From: Octopus vulgaris
Taxonomy: Eukaryota
DNA length: 64,000 nucleotides
Reading direction: 5' to 3'
Assembly: GCA_951406725.2 (NCBI GenBank)
Contig: OX597821.1
Location: forward strand, 31,744,001-31,808,000
In this document: piece after piece, positions 39,935 through 54,520 of the stretch
Position numbering within the stretch: the stretch's first letter is position 1
Layout of the letters: every line of letters starts with the position of its first letter
The notes under the pieces: model-generated
Databases searched by the model: none
What the model was told of the DNA's origin: nothing
Seen by the model: the letters and a program-made list of their open reading frames with translations, nothing else
Made by a program: the position numbers and the translations under genes

Positions 39935-40459
39935 ATACATACATACATACATACACAGACACACACATATTTACATACGCGTATACGGACATCAAAAGAA
40001 TTTGAATTTTTTTGTAATTTTGGAAGAGATGTGCGTCAAAAGTCCTCTAGAAGCTTTTGATGCCGACAGACACCGTTTCCTCAAAGCATTGCATTTGTGT
40101 TATGGAGTCGGAATTCTTTCGTAACTCAAATTCCCTGCGTTTTCTTCCGTGGGTGTTATTACTTCCATTCTTGTATTTTAAATAGAAAGTGCACTTACCT
40201 GCGGTTTCTATTTTCAAAACTGAGAAACGTGTTTTCTTGAAATTTGAAAACCATTGAAGGTTTGCTGAATATATATACACACCCATCCACCTTTTTGTTT
40301 TATGTTTTATTTTTTGCATTGTTTTTAGTTTTTACCGTTCACTCATCTTCTTGAATGGCAGCTTAACTATAACTGCTATTACTTGTTATAAGTTTTATCG
40401 TAATCGTTTATGTATATGTACGACTTACTTCGAGGAAGTCTAGTAATGAATAAGTTCCA

Positions 40460-40740
40460 GTAAGAAATGGTGGATTGATTTTAACGTGCAAGTGGCTAAG
40501 CACTCCAGAGACACGTGTAATCCTTAGCGTGAAAGAGTGTGGCATACAGGTGCAACAGAAACAGGAAGAAAGAGTGACAGATATTGGGGTGAAAGAGTAC
40601 AGCAGGGTTCGCCGTCGACCCCTGCCGGAGACTTGTGGAGCTTTAAGTATTTCGTTCAGTAAACACTCACCACGCCTCGTTCGAAACCGCGATCCTATAG
40701 TCGCAAGTTGGCTGCCCAAAAGACTGGGCCATTGTGCCTC
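40460..40740 (-). mobile_element. tRNA-derived SINE (third family)
   Basis: Minus strand begins gaggcacaatggcccagt..cgcggtttcgaac (A/B boxes). The 3' part resembles 63590-63660. Confidence 0.65.
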
Positions 40741-40766
40741 TATGCTTACAAATAGATATACACAAA

Positions 40767-41596
40767 CATGACAGAAGTAAACAGACAGATCATAAAACAT
40801 CATTTTATGGTTATTTTAATTTGTAAAGCTTTATATTTTTTAGTTTATATTATATATTTTTTTATTTTATATTTGTTATATTTTATTTTTATTTTATCTA
40901 TTATTATTTTTCATTTTTATTTTTCATTTTATTATTTTGATATTTTTCAGGTACGTAACGGATTAATAATGCCATATACAAAAGAAGCCTTGGAAGTGTC
41001 TGAATTCCAAAGAAGCCGTATTCTGGGTCAGTTTGATGGTATACGTAGCTTAAAATCGCAATTATTCTGTTATGGTCTGCAGAGCAATTTGGAGTAATTG
41101 TTTATCAGAGCTGGTGGAGTGTGGAAACATAAACTCAGATAAATATGTGTTTATATGGCAGAAAGAACTCCCTCCAATCTTCTCCAGTGGTGAAATAATT
41201 AAAGAAGGCTATTGTCACACGAATAATATGACCTAAGCTTTGTTGGAAGAGAATGACATTACAAAGCTTCCATGGCCAAGCCAGTTACCAAATATGAACC
41301 CTATTGTGCACATCTAGGACATAATGAACAGGACGCTTCATAAAAAAACAACAAAGCATCTTCAAAGCCAGGTCTTTTGAGATTACCGCATGAAAATTCG
41401 CAAGAAATTCTGCAACAGAATATTAGTTATATGATTATTAAAATGCCTAATAGTTTCCTTGCATTCAAAAATGCAAATGATGAATCTAGTAATTATAAAA
41501 TATTCACATTATTACAATTATAAATAATTTGAATGTATGATTTTAGATTTTTAAAAATGTTTGTGATTATAAGTTTGTCTATTTACTTCTGTGATG
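40767..41596 (+). mobile_element. Internally deleted Tc1 transposon
   Basis: TIRs catgacagaagtaaacagaca and tgtctatttacttctgtgatg. Peptides EVSEFQRSRILG and LPWPSQLPNMNPI. Confidence 0.8.
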
Positions 41597-41626
41597 TATA
41601 ATATGTATAATATTTATGTGTGTATA

Positions 41627-41718
<92 letters not shown>

Positions 41719-42897
41719 TTTTCGTATGAGTGTTTATTCATGAATTATACAAATATATACATACACACACATATATACATACATACATACCTACATATAT
41801 ATGTATATATATATATATATATAGGCATTATGTATATGTATGTGTGTTTATATGCGCGTGCGTTTATGCGCATGTGTGTGTTCAACCGCAGGCATGCGTT
41901 GTATTGTTATGGACAAACACCCATAGACGAACACGTATACATGTGTGCAGGAATTCGCATAGAAATATTATGCATAATCAACGATGATGTCTTCCTTCCT
42001 CAACACCATTGTCTAACACAGAATAAGTAGCTAATGAAGGCGACAATATTTAACTAAAAGAGTATATCTTTTAAATGTTTCATATGAATTGGCTAAGAAC
42101 GAAACCAAATATGGCTATATAAGATGAAATTTATATTTAACGGAATTTTTGTGTGCTATTTCTCACTGCACAATGTCTTGTCAGGGAAATCAACTGGTCG
42201 GTAGTCGAATATATATGCGCCCTTTAAAGCTACTTTATAGCAACAAAGCACAAGCTGTAACGTTCATTGCGAGAAAAAACATGAAATCAATTTTTAATTT
42301 AGCACACTGAATTTCATAAATGATTATATATTATTAGGTATATTTCACAAATACATATTTTGTCTTATTTCTGGGGAACAGTTTCAAATATCAACAGCAA
42401 ATTTTATCATAAATATAACTTAAGCTAATATAAAAGGAAATATTTACAATTAAAAGAAAGGGTGTCTTTGTGTTAAAGATCCCCTTGTATGGAAATTTAT
42501 CGGTTTTTTTTTGTTAAATTTTCCCATTAAAATTTTGTATAGTTGAAAACTATTTATTTGATAATTTACAACTTTCGACACAGTACACAAAGGAAGTATG
42601 CAGTGACTGATTTTTCATAATTATACAACATTTAACGAGTCTTTTTAATTCAAGGGTATTCGAGAGAATACCAAAACTGATCATCTACTTAGTGAAGGAA
42701 TAATGAGTAAAGTTACAATTATTCGAACAAAGAGAGGTAAATATTCTAATTATGCTGTCTATATGCCTCATGTGTTTAATATATATCCTTCATAATTTGT
42801 TTTTGTTTTGTTGTTTTGTGCTGTGCTTCGAATATATATAATGGTATTTTTTATAGAAATTTCTGTTCTCAAAGAATGCACATATATTTCAAATCAG

Positions 42898-43026
<129 letters not shown>

Positions 43027-45019
43027 TGTGCGTGTGTATGCATATGTGTGTATATGTATAAGTGTGTTTGTGTGTGTGTATAAATGTTAAAGATAATGTG
43101 TGCGTATATATATATATAAATGTATATATATATATATATACATATATCAATAAATATATGTGTGTGTGCGTGTCTGTGTACGTTGTCCATATCGATTTAC
43201 ATTACTCAAATGAAATGAAGTCCACCTCGTGGCAAAAGCCATGCTCTGTGGAGAAACAAATTGCAAGTGAATGCAATATTTGTCGTTAAGAATCAAGAAA
43301 GATTTTGATCTTGTACAAATCGCTGAGATTTATACTACAAAGCTACATACGTCTACAATAATGTACATACTGCTATAACATACGATGATTAGATTTCCGT
43401 TTCCTTTACTGTGTATTGATTCTTTCGAAACTAACATCTGAAAGTAGAACATGTCGTACGATGAAAGTTTCATCTCTTTTAAGTCACCCTCTCTAAAACA
43501 AACACAGAATAAATATTAAGATACTTTCGCGAACTTACTTTAAAAACAGAAATAATGGTTTCTTTTTATGGTTTTTCATTTTTCTTTTCTTTTTGTACAT
43601 GTTACTGATCGCTTTATCAAAGTGGCCTTTGCTTCCGATTAATTGAATAAACGTATATATGAAAGGTAGCGGCAGTTCCTGAAAAATGTATTTGTCGATG
43701 TTCCAAACGAGCATTAATGGTTTTTAATGTTGAATAACATCGTATATACAACTTGTGTTTGCTAGCTCAATTAAAGGACATTTATTTTATGTTTATACCA
43801 TTTAACTCGCTCTTTAACGTTTTCTGCATCTCGCTTAAAAAGGACCCTCCGCTATATGTACATCCGGGGCAAACCTGAATGGATATTAATAGTTCGTATA
43901 TAACTGTTAATGGCATATTTCAAAAGTATGCTGCTGGAGAAGAAAGCTCAATGGTGGTCGACTATAAAGCGTATTGCACTTTCTGACATGCCAAAGTATT
44001 TTAGAACTTCTCATTAATCAGGGTATTCTGATGATAAAATAACACATGTTCTTTATTTCATGTTACTTCAGTATTGGAAAAGAATTTGTTTTAAATTAAT
44101 ATATTTGGTCGTATGTTTTAGTAATATTAAATATGTTACATAGAAATGTTTTCTGTGTACTAATAACATTATTGAAATAAGGGAGACTCGTTATTAAAAA
44201 GAATTTACGTGAAATATATATGAGTAGAGGTGGATTTCGTTTACATTGAAGCCTATAACTTGTTTGCAGTATAATGCACATAACATCTGACAAAGCAAAT
44301 TTTTCTCGAAATATACAATTAACTGGTCGGCAAGAATTCCAGCATTGTGAAGCGTAGCTAATTGTTTACTTAGCATTCCATTATATGGACGAACTAGGAA
44401 TATTTGTATAAAGTTTATTGAATTTTATGGAACCCGCAGACAAACTACGACATCAATCCGTTAGAAATTAGAAAACAAAAATAATGGTGTCTGGCATACA
44501 TACAATAATCCATAATCCACAATTTTATTTGTAGCTAATGGTTACAAAATATCAACGCAAACAAGTATAATTCTGATGCTTACATACTCCTTTTAGAATT
44601 ACGAGGTTTGGATTTATACTTATACTGTCTTTTATCTTATATCATATATATAATAGCAATATATAATAGTTTTGAGCATTCATATTGTTTAAAAATTAAG
44701 TTTTTACATTCTACCTTCAGGAGCAAAGGCTTAAGCTGATATTCGTTTACTCCTTTACTTACGGTCATACTGGAGCACCACCTTTAAAAGTTTTAAGGCC
44801 ACACAAAGAATTTATATACATACATACATACATAAATACATATATAGGTATGTATATATGTGTGGGGACAAACACAGGCACAAAGACACACACACATATA
44901 TAAACATGCAGGCGATGTTGATTTTAGCAGAATTTCATGTTGGTGTATATTTTTGACTGACACGCTATTTATTCTGCCAGATTCCTGCCTTGAAACACAC
45001 ACACACATACATGAAAATT

Positions 45020-45400
45020 TTGTTAAGGTGCATTTTTCCATGCTTACATGGGTCAGATGGAATTTATTGAGGCAGGTTTTCTACAATTGGATGCCCTTCC
45101 TGTCACCAAACCTCACTTCTTTCCAAGTAAGAAAAGATTTCCCCAACGCTTGATTTTTTCCACACAAGATTGGCATTGAAGGATACCTCTTACCTGATAG
45201 TGACACTCGTTTACAACTACCATACGGTGTCAAGACAAAGGGACGCAAACAAACAAACAAACACACACATGAGCTTCTTTCAGTTAGTATCTACCAAATT
45301 CACTAACAAGGATTTGGTTGGTTCACAGCTGCAATAGATGGTGCCACGCAGTAGAATTGAACCCAAAATATGTGATTTGGTAGTATGTGGATTGAATCTG
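45020..45400 (-). mobile_element. SINE with a Nin-like domain
   Basis: Minus strand has ttggtgacaggaagggcatccaattgtagaaaacctgcc, joined to a CORE-SINE-type head at 45270-45380. Confidence 0.55.
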
Positions 45401-45410
45401 AAAGCCTGTT

Positions 45411-45468
<58 letters not shown>

Positions 45469-45499
45469 CAAAATAAGCAACAAGGATATCCAATGTAGA

Positions 45500-45585
45500 A
45501 TAGTACAATTGTTTCATGCTACTTCATTTCATTAAACACTGGAAGTATTACGTCAGTTTTAAAATGTCGAGCAATCTTCAGCCAC
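45500..45585 (-). ncRNA. Type I hammerhead ribozyme
   Basis: Minus strand: GUGG-CUGAAGA-uUGCU...AGCAu-GAAA-CAAUUG (palindrome)-UA-CUAU, about 35 bp from a (TA)n tract. Confidence 0.65.
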
Positions 45586-45734
45586 ATATAGAATTTTCCA
45601 ATTAAACGGAATATGCACATTCGTATCCCTATTTCATTTGTCAACATTATAAAGAGGGTAGATATATAGACAGAGATGTTAATTTCATTCTTAGGGACAT
45701 GATAGTAGTATGTTCATTCTTCACAGACGAAGAA

Positions 45735-45890
45735 TCGGGACCGAATCGTGATTAGTGACCAGAAATGGGTTCTCTATAAAAATGCCAAACATCGAGGACA
45801 GTGGGGGAAGGAAAGGATAAACACTGGTTTCCCAGGGTGAAGAAGGTCTTCACCCTTGTAAGGTGATATTATATTTTTGGTAGGATGTGA
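45735..45890 (+). mobile_element. Mariner transposase fragment
   Basis: DRIVISDQKWVLYKN..GQW..GLHPCKVILYFW resembles RIVTGDEKWVLYDN..LHPKKVMLCVWWD. Confidence 0.65.
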
Positions 45891-46257
45891 AATATTTAAT
45901 CCACTTGTATGTGGGTATGTACAGCACGAACAGTCTGGAAAAAAAGTCTGGAAAAATTCTTCAGAGGAACGAGCTATAATATTGTTTGAAAAAAATTGTA
46001 ATAGAAAATGTGTTACAGGTTTATCCAACATGAATGATTTCGTGATTCGTATTAGCAAATGAAACGTATGTAATCGGTAAGTAAATAATACCAAACTTTT
46101 ACCAATATCCAAATTCCCCTTTTGTTAAATGATAAAGACGCAGACATTTTGAGAATATACATACTGGGCCGTAATACTGGAATATGTAGATGTTCTTGTA
46201 GAGGATACACCTTGGATTTTTTCCATACATGCATGGTATATATATGTGTGTGTTCGA

Positions 46258-46289
<32 letters not shown>

Positions 46290-46303
46290 ATATGTATATA
46301 TAT

Positions 46304-46724
46304 ACTCTTTACTCTTTTACCCTTTTACTTGTTTCAGTCATTTGACTGCGGCCATGCTGGAGCACCGCCTTTAGTCTAACAAATCGACCCCGGGACTTAT
46401 TCTAGGTAAGCCCAGTACTTATTCTATCGGTCCCTTTTGCCGAACTGCTAAGTGACGGGGACGTAAACACACCAGCATCGGTTGTCAAGCAAAGCTAAGG
46501 GGGACAAACACAGATACACAAACATATACACATACACACACATATATATATACATATATACGACAGGCTTCTTTCAGTTTCCGTCTGCCAAATCCCCTCA
46601 CAAGGCATTGATCGGTCCAGGGCTTTAGCAGAAGACACTTGCCCAAGGTGCCACGCAGTGGGACTGAACCCGCAACCATGTGGTTGGTAAGCAAGCTACT
46701 TACCACACAGCCACTCCTGCGCCT
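46304..46724 (-). mobile_element. Full-length young tRNA/CORE SINE
   Basis: Complete reverse-complement copy of the family at 20300 and 59291. Confidence 0.92.
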
Positions 46725-46726
46725 AA

Positions 46727-46769
<43 letters not shown>

Positions 46770-47879
46770 TATATGTACGTATGTATATATATATATATAT
46801 ATACATATATATGTATGTGTATATATATATACATACAAAAAGATAGACAGATAGAGAGATAGATAGATATGCACACACTTGTAAGAAAATATGTATTTAT
46901 ATTTGCCAACAATATTATATATTATGTAAGAATTACATTTGTGTTCTTTCAGTTTGAAGATTTTTGTTATTCTTATTTGTATTTTAGCAGCAGACTAAAT
47001 TGTAAATATGAAAATATATTCACAAGGAAAAGGAAAAGGAACAAAAGATATGGTTCCACATTTTAAGATACATATATACATATGCATATTGATATATTTC
47101 TCTCCGGACACAATTTTGTCTTCATAACAGCTCTTTGCTTAGAATATAATGTGTGACATTTTCATGATGGGGAGAAAAGAAAAACTGAAGAGGAAGTGAA
47201 ATATAGCTGCAATACTTTCAGATAAAACCGAAGAGAAACACCGGAAAGATGAGTATGCAGTCAAAATATGAATAATGTTTAACAAGTATTTACACCAGTT
47301 GTGTAATAGCTGATGTTGGTGTGAAAATAAATTCAAATTTAAGGACTTAATGATGTTATTTGAAATATATTTACAATAAAATTCCTGAGATTACTCTCGC
47401 AATATTTCTGAAAAAAATCTTATAAAGAGAAACATCGTCAAATATCAATATTCTGCAAATATTTGTTCTTTTCCACTTTTATTTTAGGTTTACATATCTG
47501 TAAGTGATCAGATTATTTCTCTGAAGATTCGCACTTCCTGCCTTATTCTTAAGAAAATATTACGACATTTATTGCGGAATTCAACTGTAAATATAAACGG
47601 ATTGATATCCAGAAAACAAAATATATGTTTCTGTTTACTTTAATGCCTTATAGCAAGTAGATATTTGCCACCAATGTATTATTTTGTTAATCATTTTCGT
47701 ATTTCACACTTTTATTGTTCTAAATAAAAACAAAATAGTCCCATGATTGCCTTGTCCTCTCATGGATGCTTTTACTCGAAAATATGTTCTTGCTATACCT
47801 GGTAAATTTTTTATGTTTTTTCTAAACTTGACACGCATTAAATTCATCTTTTACTAATGCTAACTGCATGTTTTCTGTC

Positions 47880-48380
47880 CAAATAAACCTTCATTCGATT
47901 CAGAATTCAGGACTTGGAAAAGTGGTACTAGAGACATTTCGTGAAAATAGATAAAATTTGGTACCATGTTGTTATCAGATATCTGCCGAAAAAGAGGGTT
48001 AGCCCCGAAGGACATTCATGCTGACATAGTTACTACATTAACGGATGATGCTCCAGCTTTATAAACTGTGCAAAAGTGGACAGCTGAATTCAAGAGAGGT
48101 AGGGAGAGTAGTGAAGATGACCCAATGTGCGGACGTCCTGCCACTGCAACCAACCAAGAAAACATCGATGTGTTCATGTGATGGATGACATAGTGATGGA
48201 TCACAGATGTTTAAATTTTAATCAGCTAGCTAAGGAGCTCCTTCTTCACCAGGGCAATTCTCTAGCACACAGGTCTGTGGTTGCAATGGCTGTTGTGCGC
48301 GACTTTGATCTGTTTGATCACCTTCCATATTCTCCTGATTTGGCATCTTCTACTATTTCCTCTTCCCAAAAAGGAAAAAC
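47880..48380 (+). mobile_element. Internally deleted mariner element
   Basis: DIHADIVTTL..TVQKWTAEFKRGRESSEDDPMCGRP joined to [21 protein letters not shown]. Confidence 0.85.
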
Positions 48381-48458
48381 ACTTTATATATATACATAAA
48401 CAGCCGTGAGTGTATATGTGTACATACATCGTACACCCCCCCACACACATATATATAC

Positions 48459-48524
<66 letters not shown>

Positions 48525-48599
48525 AAGAGTCGCTCTTGGCTTTGGGTAATAGAAAATACAGAAAGATCAGTTAATCATGATTTGATTCAACATATTTTC

Positions 48600-49000
48600 T
48601 CTCCTTACAGTTAATCATAGTTTCTTGAGAATCAAGTGAACACAGGTTCCAACAAATCTAACGCTAGCACTTTTCTGTAAAATATGGCATATTGTCTTAC
48701 ATCCTTTTTTTTTCACAAACTTCAACCAACTCGTTGTATTTTCTGTTATTTTTTTCTAATGAAAGGGTCTTCAATGTTCACATCGCAAGGAATATTCATC
48801 TCTAACATCTTTGCCACTTACATTTCCTTGAACCTCACGGAAAGATCAATAGAGATTTTCCAAGGTCCGTACTATTTTGCACTGTTCTTATTTCGTACTT
48901 TGACTAGTTTTCATTGTTTAGCTTCTCTGCAGAAATTTAACTTATTGTTCACTACTTGTGGTCATTCAGCATTATTAATTCGTTTTAACATTTCTGCCAC
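48600..49000 (-). mobile_element. Highly degraded RLE-type (HERO-like) LINE 3' fragment
   Basis: LEMNIPCDVNIEDPFIRKK / KYNELVEVCEKKG resembles ELTVPWE.NIE.A.ERK..KY..L...C...GW. Confidence 0.4.
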
Positions 49001-50077
49001 TTACAAAACACATACTAAAAGCCATAATTTTGGAGATATAGTCTCTGCCTACCCTTGAATCTTCATAGTAAGAATCTATTAGTGGCTCGTATTTTTATAC
49101 ACTGTAAATTAAATTATATTCACTGGATGGAGTACTCGTATTGTTGATTTTTACCTTGATGGCATTGTAATCTACATCTGCATATACATATGCAGGTATT
49201 ATGTGTATGCATGTCGTGTATGTATGCTTGTATATATGGGATTCTGTATTTTGTGTTTTATAGACTTCGTGTAAATACTTGTACCTATGTGTCTATATGT
49301 GTATGTATTTACTGTTTTGCTTCTATGAATTTGTATGGAATTATTGGAAAATATTTTGTCTTTAATCCCACATCGACATCTCCATTTAAATCTTCAAAAT
49401 TAAATGATAATAGTAATTCTTCTCTTCCATCACCATTTATTTATGATTTAATTCCTTTATATATTTCTCCAAATTTATCATAACAACATTTGATGCATAA
49501 CAGATTTTGGGTGATCTCTAGATTTATAAAAGCAGACAAAGACTATGATTAATATTCTAGACAATATTTTGTACTTAGAATTAGCTAGATTCTTTTCATC
49601 ATTAATATATTACTGCTTTCTATTCGTGAGAATGTTATTCTCATTATTCATGTGATAGTAATTTCATTTTTAGATTTACTGACTTTTTTTTTCATTTTGC
49701 ATATATCTTTTAATAAAATATTGTTGATTCACAGCTTAAGAAACCAAATATTTCTGAGATCATAATCGGCATTAAATATATTTTAGTATTCCTTTTATGC
49801 GATTTATGTTTATTCTTTGTCAGAGTTGAATGGCATAAGATTTTCTCTAAAATGTAAGTTTTTTTTCTCTAAAATATGATTGTATGATTGCTAAATAAAG
49901 CTCACATTTATTCCCCTTAGATATAGAACAATTTTACCAGATTCTTAGTTGATACTCACTGGCTATATAATGCATAGCATTAATATCACATACAAATAAC
50001 GTTCTGTTTGCAAGAAATAAGCGTATAAAGTACATGCATGGCGTATCTATCTATTTATTTTCCTATCTATCAACCTG

Positions 50078-50120
<43 letters not shown>

Positions 50121-50619
50121 ATACATTAAGGAATAAGTTAAAACGTATAGGAAATGTACACAGGAACAGGAACAGACACAGAATGACAGTTAAAAAGCAT
50201 ACATTAAAGGCACAGACGAACACAGAACATACACATAAAATCGCTAACTTCACGTCAGTTATCGGTTTCAGAGTCAAACAGACAATTTTGCGCCTTTAAC
50301 TACACGTGCGCGCGTGAAACATAGGGACACACACATATCTGTAGCTGTCTAAGTATCCATAAACCAAAAACAAATCATGCACTCACATCGAGTGGGTATA
50401 TCAATATAAGTGTACAGCCTTATCAATCGGTTTCGCGCTAGATGTTCAATGACATACAGTCACACACATATACTAAGATAACCACACAGAGTCATACATT
50501 CACGCATGTCAGTTGTTACATACACACACATACAAACACATATATATATATATGTATGTATAAGAGTGTGTGTGTGTGTGTGTGCGTGTGTGTGTGCGTG
50601 TGTGTGTGTGTGTGTGTGT

Positions 50620-51620
50620 GATGTGCGTATGCTCAATAACGTACCTCCTAACGCGGACAGACACACACACTATGAGACGTACAAACTCATACACTTATAC
50701 ACATAAACTCACAGACTTATACGCAGGCATATACGAAAAGTGATGTTGTTGACCTCGTGGTATAAAATGCGCTATTGACAATAGAAAGAATGTATGTATG
50801 AAACGTTATATTGTTTTAATTGAACTGAAAATAAAATTTCGTATTGACATTGGCCAGCCCTTATACATAGAGTTAGATAGAATTTCTTATTCACACAGAC
50901 AAGCGATCAAAGTAAGATAGACATACACAGACAAATATTCACCCATGTTAGTTGTCACATATATATATGTGTAGATGTGTGCTTAATAACGTAACGTTAT
51001 ATATGTATGTGTGGATGTGTGTGTATTTAATAACCTTACTAACGCAGAAAGAGGCACACATTATGAGATATATACACACTTACACACATAAACTGACAGA
51101 CATACACAGTCGTATACAAACTGTGATGCCGTTGTCGTTGTGGTATAAAATGTCCTGTTGACAAAACAATATAACACTTGTAATGAAATGCTGTATTGTT
51201 TTAATGGAAATGAAAACGTATTGATTCTGATAAGCATTCACATATATATTGCATGTTTAGTGACGTGCCTAACGCGGAAAGAAATGAAGTGTGAGACATA
51301 CCAACACTCATACACTCACACGCATACATTCACAGACAGATACACGCACATATATAAAATGTGACTTCGTCTTCGTCGTCAGTTTTCACATAAATATATA
51401 TGTATTTATAGAGGTGAGTGCGTGTGTGTTTAATAAGTTACCCTTACGCATATATATGTATGTGTAGATATGTGAATGTTTAATAACGTACCTAAGGAAG
51501 AAAGACACAGATTGTGAGACATATACACACTCATACACTCATGCATATACATTGTCCGACACATACACAGTAATATACAAAATGTGACGTCATCGCCGTC
51601 GTCGCGGTGGGTAGAATTAA
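50620..51620. repeat. Four diverged tandem copies of a 130-220 bp complex unit
   Basis: taataacgtacc..taacgc.gaaaga..tgagac(a)ta..actcatacact..acagaca..atacaaaa.gtga..gtcg recurs at ~50625, 51025, 51255 and 51478. Confidence 0.75.
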
Positions 51621-51959
51621 AAGTAAAAGTATAAAAGTGAAACAATATATCACATTACAACATAGATCTTATTCTTTGACTTTTGACATATATTATTGAA
51701 CAAGCTCCAGTGCTGCATTGTATTAATCCAAATTACAAAACGAATTAGATGTTGACACCTACGGGGTCTGATACTATTGCCATGTAAAATTTGATTTGAT
51801 TCGGTTGAGACGTTTGAGAACGCATTGGGAACAGAGAAACTAAGGATTGTATATACATATAGTTAACAGAAGCTTGTGGCAAGGCGAGCGCACACCAAGC
51901 GAGATTTTCAGAGAAACATCCATCCTAAGTGTCCTGCTGCTTTCCAAAGTCCTGTCTAC

Positions 51960-53470
51960 AGCAGGATTTGAATATGTTCCCAGATCTGTGTTTCAACCCA
52001 CCATGCCACTATGACTGACAAAGGAACCATTTCTCTTCTTTCTATTCCCGTAAATAATTAAAGGAATCCTTAACTAGGTCCACTGGTAATTTCTCTTCGC
52101 CCATATCCACAGTGATCTCTTTTCAGCAACATCAGGGAAGCGCTTAATTATGGCAGTTCTCCTCCGGCCTTTAATACCCAACTGCCCTTGTAGCCGACAG
52201 GGCGATACAGCTAGGAGTTCTCATAATCCACCTACAACTGTCTTTAGAGTACAGTACAGTGATTTATGAGCTCACCATATTTGCTCATCATAAAGATGTG
52301 TTGCTCTTCTATGCGACTCTCGTATGGTACTGACAATTCAATAACTATACTTTTGGCACACTGTTCAAACCCTAAGACGCTGTCTGGTTGCAATACATTC
52401 TTGATAATGAACACTGGGTAGTTCTAGCGCTTCTCACCAATGCCTGCAGCTATTTTCCGGAGGAATTCTCGCGTAGATGTAGGTTTGGTCCAGCACAAAT
52501 TCCGAGAGATCTACTTCGATCCGACCCTCTCTTTTCCTTCTTTGGTTCCGAAGTTCACTTTTGATTTGATTGTTTCCCGCAGTATTTGTTCTCAGATTGA
52601 AGTGCTCAATTTTTACTGCACCCTGACGTACCTCAATATGTATTTGCCATCAGTGAGAGTGATCTTAGAGGAAGTCAGGACTGGGGTTTGTCCATGCTCA
52701 GGAGATATATTGACATGTCTTCCACGCCTTAATTTACAAGGTTCGTGTTTGATGGAAGCTTACTAAGCTTGAAACTCAATCTGAGTAGCACCATGTGCCA
52801 CACATTGTTCCACGTGGGAAATATCTGTATTGCAGCATTCCAAGTTGTCCATCGCCCCTGCTGAGTTTGTCGGATGGCTTTCACATGCCTGCTTCTTTCT
52901 TCTTCATGCCGAACCTCCTGAATCACAAGATCCCTTTGGAAGTTGTTGCTTTTGGCCAAAACTGTACATTGGTATTACCCAATCCTTGCCTTCCTGTCTG
53001 GGTAATTCCCATGCTTTTCGGATTATTTTCAGCATCATCAATTGCATCCACAACTTTACATTTCCTTCCTGTTTTGCGTTTGGCTGCACTGATCTACCCA
53101 CGTCATCTTTGGAGTCTTTTGAGCATTAGTTGCAGTCTTGCTTTCCCCGCCTTGAACTCTTCGACTAGGGACTTGAGAGGCAGTCTTAGTTTTGCCCTCT
53201 TACAGTAAAGAGCAACACCAGTCTGACTCGGGATGACACCCAGTCACTGCTGCAGTTATTTTTTTGCCTCCAGTACTTCTATTGCCGAATTTGCAATTTC
53301 GTGCTCTAGCAAGGGCAATAGCAACATTGCTATCAGCATATGCTATAGACACCAGACCTTGTACTTGGTGGGCTTAGGAGGCTTGGCAATTTTGGGTAGG
53401 CCCTCGTCTACTGTCTTGGCAGTTTCCTTCTGCTGGTTGGCGTCTTTCAGGGTCCTGTCATACTTAGGCG
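51960..53470 (-). mobile_element. HERO-clade (R2-like, RLE) retrotransposon 3' portion, pseudogenised
   Basis: KYKVWCL..ALYCKRAKLRLPLKSLVEEFKAGKARLQLML, QQGRWTTWN..TWNNVWHM..RLSF, followed by zinc-knuckle and RLE remnants. Confidence 0.8.
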
Positions 53471-53474
53471 ATAC

Positions 53475-54520
53475 AATTCTAGAATGTTTTACATATTTTA
53501 ACAGTTCCTATGATGGCTTGGATCTGTAGTCTTCGAATCAACCGTCTTTCTAGTTTTGAGAAACATAATTTTTTTAAGATGGGTATTTAGGCAGTGTGTT
53601 ATATATCTCAGTGCCCCAATAATTACAGGTATAAACCTGAACTGGTAATCTGGATAGGGTAACTGCAATAGTTCAGCATAAGTATTTTCTTTTTCACTGA
53701 TCTTCAGCTTTATGTTAACATATGCTGGGTAGCTGATTCCACAACTGTACACAGTTTCTCCTTTCTATTTTAAATCATTATATGAGGTCTATTGTGTCTA
53801 CATTTTATTAAACTTTTCACTGAGACATTCTACCAGTACTCCCTTTTATTATGAGTCTAGATTCTATAATACTGTGGGTTCTTATTTTTATGCCCTCGTG
53901 TATATCCTGCCAACGAATTTCATTATGCAGTTGCAACATCTTGTCTCATCGGTAGATAATACTGCGATACCATTTTTGGACAATTGCTTATGATCTGGAA
54001 TATATCCTCAGTGTTCACTCCTCTAAGTTTGCATCACTTGTCACATTTTTATTGTTCTTCCTACATTTCTGCTTCTTGTGTGCATCAGGTATATATTTGA
54101 TATTTCCTGCTCTTGGATTGCAAAAGCATACCATTCAAATTGGGTAGTAGTAACCTGGTTGTCACCCATGATAGTCTGTTTTGAGGATCAATGTTACTAT
54201 CATCTCGGATCTTTCTACTACCATATCCATGCATGGCCTTCTGGAGATATACGCTCATCCTTTAATCTGAGGATACATTGCGGTAGAGTCGTGCGACATC
54301 TTTCGGCGTGTATTTAAGGTTATCATACCAAGAATGGTGCTCGAGGAGCTGCTTTCTTACTCTTATGATGTTCTCAGCCTCATGAAAGCAAACTTGGTCA
54401 TCGGATACACTTCGACATTTGTTCGTTAAAATATGTTGCCTAAGAGATATGATACGACATCCAAAGACAGTCTGGATCGATGTTGAGACTCTGTCGCCTT
54501 CTTTTCGCTTTAGTTTGTGG
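53475..54520 (-). mobile_element. R4/Dong-like retrotransposon fragment
   Basis: ISYPAYVNIKLKISEKENTYAELLQLPYPDYQFRFIPVIIGAL; upstream QFEWYAFAIQEQEISNIYL. Same family as 7125-7805. Confidence 0.8.

Noticed and set aside
50620-51620. CRISPR-like repeat-spacer array
   Set aside because: Units are long, diverged and irregular, the context is eukaryotic, and there are no cas genes.
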